DNA of 63,936 nucleotides, filler included, from Octopus bimaculoides (taxonomy: Eukaryota), in assembly GCF_001194135.2 (NCBI RefSeq). It is 4 parts of 3 records of this genome, joined end to end, with 100 filler letters (N's around TTAATTAATTAA, not from the genome) between each part and the next. Parts side by side here need not be neighbours in the genome. Positions count along the whole stretch, not along the records: positions 32,700 to 59,422 come from NC_068983.1; positions 59,523 to 63,936 come from NC_069010.1; 2 more parts are not named here. One strand, written 5' to 3'. The notes beneath the pieces were generated by a model, which saw only the letters and a list, made by a program, of their open reading frames with translations, did no database searches and was not told the origin of the DNA. Positions 50,950 to 63,267 of the stretch are shown piece after piece. A program made the translations under genes and the position numbers. How positions within the stretch are numbered: position 1 is the stretch's first letter; every line of letters starts with the position of its first letter.

Positions 50950-51227
50950 ATAAATATCTTCTCACTAATAAATTTGAATACCTTCATCATGAAATGGGCT
51001 TGAATCATGTACAATTAGTTCAATGGCCACAAATATTCCGAACACGCCTTTTCAAAATTAAGGAACGGCATCAATTTTTGAAATACCTTAAACGAAACCA
51101 GTATGACCCATGCAAAGAGAACTATGTATCATTAAAAGCTTTGGTTACTCAGACTGATAAAGAATTTTGCACAACTATTGCTAAATCTTCTACAGCTGAG
51201 TTTAATCAATTTCTAAAAACATTGTAA
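50950..51227 (+). CDS. MTERF3: MTERF3 coding exon 5 (last)
   Basis: tttcag|AT. PQIFRTRLFKIKERHQFLKYL...QYDP..ENYVSL...FCTTIAK...FLKTL* is the MTERF3 C-terminus. All phases join to give 1401 nt (466 aa plus stop). Confidence 0.95.
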
Positions 51228-51286
51228 TTTAAAGCATGTATATAGGCAAATTCTTAGAAAAGAATGTCAAAGCTTATTAATATTTT

Positions 51287-51292
51287 AATAAA
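51287..51292 (+). terminator. Candidate polyadenylation signal of MTERF3
   Basis: AATAAA 60 nt after the stop, followed by a T/GT-rich sequence. Confidence 0.5.
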
Positions 51293-52139
51293 TAACTTTG
51301 AACTTAGATTTTTTTTTGTTTTTTCTTTACTTGATGTTCAGGTTATATCTCTTGTTGTTTATAGTAATGCATAATTCAATGTTTAGACAATAGAGAAAGC
51401 AGCAGGGAGTGATTAGTAAGGACTTGGGTTTGGAAATGAAGATTTTTAACAAAACAAGGTGCAAGCATGGCTGCGTATCACGTTGGACAATTGTCTTCTA
51501 TTGTAGCCTCACACTGATCAAAGCCTTGAGTGGATTTGGGAGAATGAAACTGAAATGAACTCATCATGTATATACATATCTATGTGTGTGCGCGCATGTA
51601 TAAATGTCTCCAGTGTTAACATTGTATCATCATCATCGTCATCGTTTAATGTCCCATTTTCCATGCTGGCATAGATTGGACAGTTTGACAGGAGCTTGGC
51701 AGCCAGGGAGCTGTTCTGACTCCAGTTGTCTGTTTTGGCATGATTTCTGTGGCTGGACCCTTCCTAACACCAACCACTTTACAGAGTTAGCTGGGTACTT
51801 TTTATATGCCACCAGTATGGGTACATTCATGCAGCAATGGCATGAGTGCATTTTACATGGCACCAGCACCTGCAAAGGACATGCCTATATGTATGGATGA
51901 CTGATTTTACTTAGCTTGACATGTCTTCTCAAGTACACCAAATTGCCACAACCCCCAGTCCCTTGTCATTTCCTCAGTGAAGCTCAACATCTGAAGATCC
52001 TTTCTCGCTACTTTGTCTCACATCTTCTGGGTTTACCCCTTCCACAGGTCCCTCACCATCTCACAGGCAGAGGCATTCATTTCCAATCTACTTTGTAAAA
52101 CATCTGGCCATGGGGAAATATTACTTTGCTTAGAAACAG

Positions 52140-54060
52140 ATGAGTGTTGGCAACAGGAAGAGCACCTGGTATGATAATGTTTTGGAAGAACATGATTCAC
52201 AGAAATACCTAAGAAAACTCAGAAACCTTATCGATGAGCTAAGGAAATGTGGCAGAATACAAGTGCAGTTCAACAAGACAGGCAACCTGTATAATTTTAA
52301 TATTGATCACTACAAGAATATTATATGTAAGAAGCTTAATAAGGGATATAAAACTATGCCATTTTCCATCTTGGAAGGACTCAGAACTGTTGAGGACCTG
52401 GTATTCAAAACTCTGTCTACCTAAACAACCTCAGATTACCTTGAAGGACCATAAACTGAATTCCTCCTTTAACTCTTTTACTAGGTTGATTAGTCCATCC
52501 AAATCTGACATAGGTCACATTAACAAAATCATTATTTTTTTATTATTATGCGCCCTTTTAAAGCCTAGCCAGGCTTATGGGCCCGGTTTCTGTGTTCCCC
52601 CAGCTGGATGGGACACCAGTCCATCGCAGCGTTACTCAAGAACAGGAAGAAAGAGTGAGAGAAAGTTGGGGTGAAAGAGTACAACAGGGGTCGCCACCAC
52701 CCCCTACCAGAGCCTTGTGGAGCTTTAAGTGTTTTCGCTCAATAAACACACAATGCCCAGTCTGGGAATCGAAACCGCGAGTCCACTGCCCTAACCACGG
52801 GGCCATTACGCCTCCACAACAAAAGCATTACAGATAGGATATTCCCCACATGGAGAAACCTTGTGAAATTAGATCTTTAGTTGGATAAACAGATACTGTT
52901 GACTGATTTAAAAATTAACCTATCAAAATACAAACAAAATTTATGCAGATAGATATTGAATCCTATTAATCCTGTACTTTTTAATAAGGCTTTAATCTTC
53001 ATCATGAAGAACTCTTTATCTAGGAAGGATGTTGATATAATTTTAGCAGCTAGGAAAACAGTCAATTTAGATTGACAAATTGTGGGCTTGTAAAAACAGG
53101 TTAGAAAACTTCAAAACTACGGGCACAAGTGACTGAGGGCCCAAGTTATTGATGTGGTAGATCTGTACATATTGCATAATATTAAGTGTGTCTTCACTGA
53201 TATAGGAGGTGGACTGAAAGAGTTGATGCCCTACTCCTATTCTGTAGGTTTAGCAAAGTTGACCTAGAACACACAACTGAAAGAATCAGGAATATTTTCA
53301 GTAGTAATGGACTATCTGTTACTATGGATAGGGACATTATAATGACACAGATGTAACGCTGACCTCACTATGGGTTTGTAGTCTTACCACAAACACAGTA
53401 CATGAATAGAAAGTTTAATCAACCAAGAGCCATCATCAAATCCATAGTAAATAGTGTATCCACAAGAATATCTAGACTATTGGCAGTAATATCCTAATGC
53501 AGAATGCCCAATACTATAATGACACACTGGGTATGTAGAGAAGATCTCTCATCTTCCAACAGGGTGCATGCACTTGTTCTACCCACCACCTCCAGAAGCC
53601 ACTTAAATCAGAATGTACTAGATTTGGTCTTACATCAGATAGCGATAAGATAGATCACCATGGCAATGGGTTACAATGTTTACATTCTGCAATTGAAGTT
53701 GTGAACAAAATAGATCTCATACAACCCCTTTTAGTACCCTGTCTTAGATGAAGGATCACATCCAACACCATTAAATCCAATAAAGAGATGAATTTAGATC
53801 TTCCACATAGAAAGTATAAGAATAGGCTACATAAAAGGAGAACAGTTTGGTTTACCTCACCTTTGTGTGGAATATTGCTAGAGATATACGTGGCATCTTC
53901 TTCAGAGCCCTTGAATACCATAAAATATTCAACAGACACAATATGAAATTATCTTACTCAACCACACCAAACTTGATGCAAAATATAGCTGCTTTGAATA
54001 ACAGGAAACTGAACCCTAGGACATACAGGGACCCAGCACAGCTTCTGGTAAAATGTTAAC
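52140..54060 (+). mobile_element. Decayed Penelope-like element RT (Neptune-like)
   Basis: Broken frames: QFNKTGNLYNFNIDHYK, PQITLKDHKLN...RLISPSKSDIGHINK, FMQIDIES, IIKSIVNSVSTRISRL and HKIFNRHNMKLSYSTTPN. These are collinear with PLE motifs (DKT.NLY; ITLKDHK; RLINP.KS; FDI..FYPS; HKIFNRN.VKVSYSC). Confidence 0.8.
52540..52817 (-). mobile_element. SINE with family A head but a different 3' module, inserted in the PLE
   Basis: The head matches family A, but the tail ggactggtgtcccatccagctggggg... differs. Near-perfect TSD aacaaaa(t/g)catta at 52522-52534 and 52818-52830. Confidence 0.85.
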
Positions 54061-55495
54061 CCCAGTTTGGTTCAACACTACAGTGGCTCCGAAAGGCAGC
54101 CTGCAAAGGAGCATATGGTACCTACAATTCAGTTCCTAATCTAGGTACAAGGCCAGAAATTTCGAGGGAAGTGAGTTAGTTGATTACATTGACACCAGTA
54201 TCACATTGGTACTCTACTTTATCAGCCCTGGAGATATAAAAGATAAAGTTGACCTTGGTGAGATTTGAACTCAGAATATAAAGATCTAGAACAGATAGTG
54301 CTAAACATTTTTTTTTTTTTTCTAAATCCTTAAATGATTCTATGAGTGCCACGTTTGGATGTGTAATAAGATCTAACAGCATGTTCTGGTATTATAAAAG
54401 ACTCCAGAGAAGTGTATTGGCAGATCATTAGAACATTAGAAAAAGTACTTTGCAGTATTTATTCCAAATCTTGCCAACCTCAACCTGACCTTTTTCATCA
54501 CTCCACAGTCAAATAAAAAATGTGCCTGTCCAATCCTAGGGTTCACTCAACTGACTAATCCCCTTCCCTAAAAACTGTTAGCCTTGTACCAAAACCAGAA
54601 ATGCTAATTACACCTACTCAGTGAAGCACATACATCACTGTAATTACTAAAGTACTGATGAGTGATTCACTAAGTAAATGTACAGGAGTTGTAAAAATTA
54701 GTATATAAGTGCACTTGTGGAAATTACCTCATAAAAAATAAATTAGTGCCCAAGGTGCCATGCAGTGGGACCATGTGCAAGTGTCTTCTATTATAGCCTC
54801 AGGCCAACCAAAGACTTATTAGTAGATTTGGTAGAAGCCCCTAGTGTGTGTGTGTAAGAGTCTTTGTGCCTGTTTGTCCTCACCACTGCTTGACAACCAG
54901 TGTTGATGTGTTTACATCCCCATAACTTAGTGGTTCAGCAAAAGAGACTGCTAGAATCAGTACCAAGTTTAAGAAAATAATTCTTCAGAGAGGTACCCCA
55001 GTATGGCCACAGTCTAATGACTAAAAACAAGTAAAAGTTAAAGGATATTTAAGTAATAAAGCATCAAAAATAATTATGTTGTGAGAAAAAGATATGAAAT
55101 GAATTGATAATTTCTTTCAGTGATTAGCAGTAACTGATTTTATTAGTGAATAAAATTATAGTTGTAATTAAATTATCACTGCAAGTAAACCATTTTAGGT
55201 TATGAAATTTACATAAATTTATTTATTCATTTTTTTTGATTCATGGTTGAAATAAATTAATTGAATTATAAAAAAAAATTACATTATTTACTGATATATG
55301 ATTTACATGTATTTTACTAAATATATCATTTTGACTTGCATCCAACAACAAACATCTAAGAGATAAATCACAGAATTAACACAAGAGATTTCCTCCTCGT
55401 TTCCTCATCAAATTAATTATTACAGATTTGTTAAATATCTATTACAACCAATGAAATAACTCTTACATGGAACAACAAAACAATGGCACAGTATA

Positions 55496-55756
55496 TTACG
55501 TCTTTAAGGTCAAAGTCCTGCTAAAGGCATTATGAGAGTTGGATTTCCTAGTGGAGGCAGGAGCTGTCTCTGGTCGGTAAATAGCTGGAAATTGTTGTCT
55601 GAACCAAATCTCATATTCTTCAATTGTAATATCAGTAATTTTTGCTCGGCAAAATTCTATAGCAGCACTGATGTCAGGACTGCATATATCCCAAGGTTCC
55701 AATGTTGAGAGGACTTTCAGGAACTTATAAGCACTTAACTTCTCACCAAATTTCAC
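55496..55756 (-). CDS. CCDC60: CCDC60-like, last coding exon
   Basis: ttcag|GTG. FLKVLSTLEPWDICSPDISAAIEFCRAKI matches, from memory, the CCDC60 C-terminal motif LLKVLQDLRIWELCSPDIAVAIEFVREHI. Confidence 0.85.
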   Translation of the reverse strand: MKFGEKLSAYKFLKVLSTLEPWDICSPDISAAIEFCRAKITDITIEEYEIWFRQQFPAIYRPETAPASTRKSNSHNAFSRTLTLKT

Positions 55757-56623
55757 CTGAATGTGACATTACACAATTGAATATACATATTAGATTGTAA
55801 TTTAAAAGTATTTTTTGAAAATGAAAAAGTACATTGAATTCTTTTTTTAGCTTGAAAGTTATATGAATTAATCAAAGCTCTTTCTTGAAGGCAACACAGG
55901 GATAAGATTTCAAAATTATATATTCTTTTTATCAGAATGTTTTTTTTTTTTTAGTTAGCATCCATTTTTTTGACCTAACAGAGATGACAGGGTTTTAACA
56001 AATTAAAAGGTTTACATATTTTAATGGAATCAGTTATTTTTTTTAAGTTGGATACACCTCCCTCTCATTACGGGTTAACCTTAAAGCAGTTATAAAACCT
56101 GTTGTTATTTTTAGAAACTGAGGCAATTCGGGTTTACAAGAGGTAATTGTCATCTGATGACATTGCAAAAAGTAGATTAAATAATTGAGAGACAATATAG
56201 CAAGATGAACAATAACAAAAAGAGAAAATATATAATTAACACTTTACTATTTCATTGATATCAATAACAAAAAAAGAAAATATATAATTAACACTTTAAT
56301 ATTTCATTGATATCAATAATACATGGCAGGCTATTAATAAATATGCATATGGAGTCATTTATATATTTCATAAGAAAAACTCAAACCCATATAATTGAAA
56401 GAGTTACATTATTATCAAGTTTGTTATTTGCATTTATTTATGTACTTAATGTATGCCTTCCATTTCTGGAGAAAATATCACTGATACAAACTTATAACTA
56501 TATAATCAATAAATCTGTATGTCTAATATATATATATATGTCTATTAAATATTTATTTTAACTTGCAGTGGTATTTACAACCCAATGAAGTTAGAAAAGA
56601 ATAAGAAAATATACGATACTTAC

Positions 56624-56714
56624 AAAACTGAATTTGGAAAGCTTATGAAGTATTGCTTTATAATACCATAGAGATTTTAAGGTTGACGGAATTTTCTCCT
56701 GAAGTTCTACAAAC
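56624..56714 (-). CDS. CCDC60: CCDC60-like internal exon
   Basis: catcag|G...TTT|gtaagt. (W)FVELQEKIPSTLKSLWYYKAILHKLSKFSF; 91 nt, phase 2 to 0. Confidence 0.85.
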
Positions 56715-58479
56715 CTGATGGCAATAACAATAACGTTTTTAAATTTTGGCACAAGCCAGCAATTTTTTTTCTTTTCTTTTTTGTGAGCTACTTGATTACT
56801 TAAACTCCAGTACTTGGCTGATAATATATTTTATTGACCCCCAAAAAGGATGAAAGGCAAAGATAACATTGGTGAAAAGGTTAGAACTTAGAATGTGGAT
56901 AGCCAAAAGAAATGCAGCTGAGCATTTTGCTTGATACACTAATGATTCTGTCAGCTTGCTGACTTAATAATAATAATAATCCTTTCTACTATAGGCACAA
57001 GACCTGAAATTCAGAGGAGGGGGATAGTCGATTACATCAACCCCAGTACTTGACTGGTACTTATTTCATCGACCCCAAAAGGATGAAAGGCAAAGTTAAC
57101 CCTAGCAGAATTTGAACTCAGAATGTAATGTAGAGACAGACGAAATGCTGCTAAACACTTTGCCTGAGCATGCTAACAACTCTGCCAGCTCACCACCTTA
57201 ATAATCAATTACATTTGTACAAGAGTACAAGCTTCTTGGGGGAATGGTGTAGTAAATTTAATCAACCCCAGTGGTACTTATTTTATTGATAGGTAGAGGA
57301 AGTGAAGTTAAAAGGCAAAGCCAACCCCAAGAAAGAGTTAACATTTAGAGTACACATTATGTGCACTTGCCTAATAATGTATCCTTATCAGAGTCCACAT
57401 CTGCTGCCTTCTCAGTCTTTGATATCCACTCTTCTCTCCATCAGTTATCTCCTTATCACTCACTCCCTATCTTTCAAGTCACTCTATCTCTCTTCTATTC
57501 ATCTTCACAGACTTGTCACCTTGAGTGAATGAACACATCAGAGAGCAGTGGGGAATCTCTAGTCTTAGGAGATATAAGGAAACCTCACCAGTGGTGGCAA
57601 CATGATAAAATGTACTCAGTGCACACAGTAAAATAGTTGGCAAACAAGCAGGGACAACATGATCTTACTGAGGAATGATAACCTCTTTAGTGTTTGTGCC
57701 ATGATAAAATGAATCCAGTACACTTTGTAAAGGAGTTGGTGATAAGAAGAGTGTCCAGTTTTAGGGATCAAGCCAAAAATGAAAAGTACCAGCAAGACAG
57801 GATCCTTTGAACCATCTTACATGGCAGTAACTCTCAACAGGAGCTGGCTTGGACCATGGCAACTATGGTTCAACCCATGCCAATATGGAAAGCAAATGTA
57901 AAAATTATGATGTTGATAATGATGAAAGCCAGGGTTTGGACAACTTGTAAGTAGTAGTTCAAGAAAAGACTATTAAAACTGAGGTTTTTTATAAACCTGT
58001 GTTCCTTGCAGCTGTGAAATACAGCACTTTCATTTATAATAGGCATGGAGGCTTAAACAAGCTAAATATCTTATCTAAGAAGAGTGCCTGCAACAAAGGA
58101 AACAGAGGTTCAGAACTTCATCAAGTCTATCACTTTTTTCAGTAATAATTATGTTAATTTGCAACTCACAACTATCATTCGACGAATTCCTTAAATCTTT
58201 AATTAAACATCACATTAACCCATATGTTTTAATTTATGACTTTTCACATCATAATCATCATATTACTGCAGCCACTGCCACCATCATCCTTCATCACTTC
58301 TCCCTCCTCCTCCTCCTTTTATGTCCACTTCCCATGCTAGTATGGGCTGGACAGAAAATATGGAATGCCTCACGAATTTGAATGCCATCTATGTACATTA
58401 GCTTTACAATAGGTTACTCTTTTCCAATAGCTATGAAGGTAAAAAATATAAATTTATAATATTAGAAATCTCAACTCAC

Positions 58480-58623
58480 CAATTATTATCTGGAACAATC
58501 TTTTCATCAAATTTGTTGAACTGAGATACTGTTTTTTTACGCATTTCATTAAGGACATGGCGATAACTGAAATGGTCCCCTGATATTGCTTGATACTTGC
58601 TCTGACAGACTAGCAAATTTTCT
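58480..58623 (-). CDS. CCDC60: CCDC60-like internal exon
   Basis: ttgcag|A...TG|gtgagt. ENLLVCQSKYQAISGDHFSYRHVLNEMRKKTVSQFNKFDEKIVPDNN; 144 nt, phase 2 to 2. Confidence 0.82.
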
Positions 58624-58725
58624 CTGCAATAATGAAGGAAATTCAAGCAATTCTTTTACATAAATATCTTTTGAGAAAACATGTTGAATTGAGTAACATA
58701 TCTACAATAAATAGGCTTTAATTAC

Positions 58726-58848
58726 TTCTCTATTTTCTCTAAAGTATCATGCAAAGAAAAGGCTTTGTCTTCTTTTACATCTTCAAATTTTTGACGCAAT
58801 AACTGGATGAGATTTTCTTGGTGATGCCTGGATTTAACTTCAGATGAA
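58726..58848 (-). CDS. CCDC60: CCDC60-like internal exon (upstream exons not identified)
   Basis: ttgcag|T...AA|gtaatt. LRQKFEDVKEDKAFSLHDTLE resembles CCDC60 MRAKF...GFCLQDKME; 123 nt, phase 2 to 2. Confidence 0.82.
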
Positions 58849-59149
58849 CTGCAAGTAGAAAAATGAAGAGGAGTAGGCAGTATTAAAGCAACTGTGACAG
58901 ACTGGAGTGATTGAATTGTTATAGACAATACTCATAATAGAAAAGATACAACAACTTTATTTTCCTGGCAGATGTTTCAGAAAGAAACAGCTATACTAAT
59001 GGCTTTTAGAAATGTAGGTCTGGACAACTAATATTTTTTAACTCCTAAGTGTTTGAAAAATACTTAAGTTCTTTCATAGGTCAGAAACACTAAATAGAAA
59101 AATACAGAGATTATGAATCTGGGAAATATATATATATATATGTATATAT

Positions 59150-59420
59150 ATGAAGACCAGGAAAGCCCCCGGCCCATCAGGAATCACTGCAGAGATGCTC
59201 AAAATATCTGGCAGTGACTATAGCCTAGTCACCCGTATTACGAACCAGGTGATACACGAAGGAGTCATACCCAATGACTGGTGTAGCAGCATCATAGTCA
59301 ACTGCTACAAAGGTAAAGGTGACGCTTTAGATACAAATAATTACAGAGGCATCAAGCTGTTAGATCAGGTTATGAAAGTTACAGTGAGGGTCATAGCCCA
59401 ACTAATTAGGGAGCAAATCA
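59150..59420 (+). mobile_element. RTE LINE reverse transcriptase N-terminal fragment
   Basis: KAPGPSGITAEMLK...IPNDWCSSIIVNCYKGKGD...NYRGIKLL. Runs into a gap. Confidence 0.9.
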
Positions 59421-59641
59421 ATNNNNNNNNNNNNNNNNNNNNNNNNNNNNNNNNNNNNNNNNNNNNTTAATTAATTAANNNNNNNNNNNNNNNNNNNNNN
59501 NNNNNNNNNNNNNNNNNNNNNNATATATATATATATATATAAATATATGTATATATATGCATATATGTATATATATATATATATATATACACAAACACAC
59601 ACATACATATATACATATATATATATAAGTTATATATATAT

Positions 59642-59677
<36 letters not shown>

Positions 59678-59859
59678 TGTGTGTGTGTGTGCGTGTGTGT
59701 GTGTGTGTATATATGTATACATGCTCTTCTATTATGTGAGAAGCCATGTAGATCCTCCACAGCCAGAAACCTGTTCTGCTCAGGTCCCTCTCTGCCTTAC
59801 TCGTTAACATCACATCTCCTAGCATAAAGCCGCTTTCCTCTCAACAGTAGCCCTGTGCA

Positions 59860-61075
59860 GTCAAAGAGGATGTTAGACGTGCAAAATGCATGGTGACTCC
59901 AGAAGTGCTGGTGCCACAAGAAGAGAAGAAAAAAGACCATCTAGTCCACTCTGTAAAGCAGTTGGCATTAGGATGGGCACCCAGCTATTGAAACCACGCC
60001 GAGGCAAATACGGAGAGCGATGCAGCCCTTGAGCGTGTTGGGATTGGCCAAACTGTCCAACCGATATCAACATGGGAGACGGATGCAAAAAGATGACCGT
60101 GCCGGTGGCACATAAAAAGCACCATTTGAGCACGATCGTTTCCAGCTTTGCCTTACTGGTGGCATGTGAACAAAACATTGGCTGACTTCTGTGCAAGTGG
60201 CAGATAAAAAACACCATTTGAGCGTGGCGGTTGCCAGTACCGCCGGACTGGCCCTCATGCCGGTGGCACGTAAAAAGAACCCACTACACTCTCGGAGTGG
60301 TTGGCGTTAGGAAGGGTATCCAGCTGTAGAAACTCTGCCAGATCACATTGGAGCCCAGTGCAGCCATCCGCTTTGCCAATCCCCAGTCAAATCGTCCAAC
60401 CTATGCTAGCATGGAAGGCGGACGTTAAATGATGATGATGATGTATATATATGTATATATATGTATNNNNNNNNNNNNNNNNNNNNNNNNNNNNNNNNNN
60501 NNNNNNNNNNNNNNNNNNNNNNNNNNNNNNNNNNNNNNNNNNNNNNNNNNNNNNNNNNNNNNNNNNNNNNNNNNNNNNNNNNNNNNNNNNNNNNNNNNNN
60601 NNNNNNNNNNNNNNNNNNNNNNNNNNNNNNNNNNNNNNNNNNNNNNNNNNNNNNNNNNNNNNNNNNNNNNNNNNNNNNNNNNNNNNNNNNNNNNNNNNNN
60701 NNNNNNNNNNNNNNNNNNNNNNNNNNNNNNNNNNNNNNNNNNNNNNNNNNNNNNNNNNNNNNNNNNNNNNNNNNNNNNNNNNNNNNNNNNNNNNNNNNNN
60801 NNNNNNNNNNNNNNNNNNNNNNNNNNNNNNNNNNNNNNNNNNNNNNNNNNNNNNNNNNNNNNNNNNNNNNNNNNNNNNNNNNNNNNNNNNNNNNNNTATA
60901 TATATATATATCGGAGTGGTTGGCGTTAGGAAGGACATCCAGCTGTAGAAACTCTGCCAAATCAGATTGGAGCCTGGTGCGGCCATCTGGTCCACCAGTC
61001 CTCAGTCAAATCGTCCAACCCTTGCTAGCATGGAAGGCAGACGTTAAACGATGATGATGATGATGATGATGACGA
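59860..61075 (+). mobile_element. RTE-type LINE 3' UTRs ending in (GAT)n, two copies around a gap
   Basis: ggagtggttggcgttaggaagg...catggaaggc(g/a)gacgttaaa(t/c)gatgatgat at about 60290-60445 and 60910-61075. Confidence 0.75.
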
Positions 61076-62539
61076 TGATGATGATGATTATGATGATGAT
61101 GTATACATAAAAACTCAAAGTCTGACAATGAACCAATTTTACGAGAAGCATGGGCAAGCAAAAATTTAAGTGGAAGACATTGGTGCAAATATTGTGACTT
61201 TTATTAAATAAAAAAATATCAAAATTTGTCAAAAATTTCAAAAAAAATCAAAAATGTTCAAAGTGCGTTGCTTCTATCACCAAACAAGCCTGGAATATTT
61301 TTTTAGGGGGGGAGCGGAATCAATTGACAAAGCTTTGATACAATAATCAACGGTCAAGCGCTGCAAGAAAAAGATGGCATAGTCACATTGTGACTAACAA
61401 ACATGTATGTGTATATGTATCCATGTATATATCTATATGTGTGTGTGTGTATATATCTATGTATATATATGTATATGTGAGCATGCATCTGAATGCATAT
61501 ATATACATGTGTGTGTCTATATGAATATATAATACTTATGCGCAATATTGATGACATATATATACATATGTGTATCATACCTGTATATATGTATGATGTA
61601 GACCATATATATATATATATATANNNNNNNNNNNNNNNNNNNNNNNNNNNNNNNNNNNNNNNNNNNNNNNNNNNNNNNNNNNNNNNNNNNNNNNNNNNNN
61701 NNNNNNNNNNNNNNNNNNNNNNNNNNNNNNNNNNNNNNNNNNNNNNNNNNNNNNNNNNNNNNNNNNNNNNNNNNNNNNNNNNNNNNNNNNNNNNNNNNNN
61801 NNNNNNNNNNNNNNNNNNNNNNNNNNNNNNNNNNNNNNNNNNNNNNNNNNNNNNNNNNNNNNNNNNNNNNNNNNNNNNNNNNNNNNNNNNNNNNNNNNNN
61901 NNNNNNNNNNNNNNNNNNNNNNNNNNNNNNNNNNNNNNNNNNNNNNNNNNNNNNNNNNNNNNNNNNNNNNNNNNNNNNNNNNNNNNNNNNNNNNNNNNNN
62001 NNNNNNNNNNNNNNNNNNNNNNNNNNNNNNNNNNNNNNNNNNNNNNNNNNNNNNNNNNNNNNNNNNNNNNNNNNNNNNNNNNNNNNNNNNNNNNNNNNNN
62101 NNNNNNNNNNNNNNNNNNNNNNNNNNNNNNNNNNNNNNNNNNNNNNNNNNNNNNNNNNNNNNNNNNNNNNNNNNNNNNNNNNNNNNNNNNNNNNNNNNNN
62201 NNNNNNNNNNNNNNNNNNNNNNNNNNNNNNNNNNNNNNNNNNNNNNNNNNNNNNNNNNNNNNNNNNNNNNNNNNNNNNNNNNNNNNNNNNNNNNNNNNNN
62301 NNNNNNNNNNNNNNNNNNNNNNNNNNNNNNNNNNNNNNNNNNNNNNNNNNNNNNNNNNNNNNNNNNNNNNNNNNNNNNNNNNNNNCCGTAAATATAAAAA
62401 GAACTTTTCGAAGTCTATCATACTCTGAGATACAAAAAACATCCACAACCTTTTGTCTAAATAAACCATTATCGTTCCTGAAACTTGTTTTTCATATCTA
62501 TTACGGATTGCTTGAAGCTAACTTTCTTCCTACACTTTG

Positions 62540-62705
62540 CTCCCTGGATCTGAGTTCAAATTCCGCCGAGGTTGACTTTGCCTTTCATCCTTTCGGGGGT
62601 CGATTAAATAAGTACCAGTTACGCACTGGGGTCGATATAATCGACTTAATCCGTTTGTCTGTCCTTGTTTGTCCCCTCTATGTTTAGCCCCTTGTGGGCT
62701 AAACA
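62540..62705 (+). mobile_element. SINE family C, 5'-truncated, little diverged
   Basis: tctgagttcaaattccgccgaggttgactttgcctttcatcctttcgggggtcgatt...tagccccttgtggg. Confidence 0.88.
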
Positions 62706-63123
62706 TAGGGAGCCAATTTTGTCTGACTGTGTAGGACACTGCTCAAAGACTTATGACAGACAGGAACTTTGCTGTGAGCTAGCTAGGGATCTAGGCTACA
62801 ATGAAGGGGATTTCTTCTAAGCCCAAGTCAGCCGATGGCTCTCAACCCCATGTGTTTCACTAAATGTAAATAAATCTTTCCCCAACACACTCTGGTTCTC
62901 CATTGATTTTTTTTGTGTATAGCTTAACTAAAGCTATAACATGTTTTGGTATACAGTCATGAGTACTAACATTTGCTCTGCTAACAGGAAACCTAAGGTA
63001 CCTACAATAATATATATACTGTAGCTTAATATATATTTACTTAAACAGGCAAGGAATAAGTAAATATATATAAATAAATAACTATGTGTGTAATACACTC
63101 AACAGTTAGAATACAATAGTTAT

Positions 63124-63180
63124 TAGCTACAGACTGTTTCTTTGAACATGTAACGATAATGTGAAAAACTCATCAGGCCA
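63124..63180 (-). ncRNA. Type I hammerhead-like motif, probably degenerate
   Basis: Minus strand: tggc CTGATGA gttt ttc acat tatcgttac atgt tc aaa GAA ACAGTCTGT A gcta. Palindromic helix III and GUA triplet; C11.1 is missing. Confidence 0.55.
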
Positions 63181-63267
63181 TTGTAGAAATTATAGAATTA
63201 TTTACAAAAAGAAGTAGAAATTTTAAGTTATCAGGATGGTGGTAAAATGGTAAAATACAAACTGGAA

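Noticed and set aside
54650-54690. CTGATGA followed by a GTGATTCAC hairpin
   Set aside because: GAAA is replaced by TAAG and there is no helix III; not enough for a hammerhead.
60387-62469. Long ORFs spanning N runs (also 20666-21278, 35556-36050, 47221-47943)
   Set aside because: Their length comes from assembly gaps.
62386-62477. Possible further CCDC60 exon (tttcag|G; NDNGLFRQKVVDVFCISEYDRLRKVLFIFT)
   Set aside because: It has an acceptor and an open frame, but no resemblance I can support and the donor is lost in the gap.
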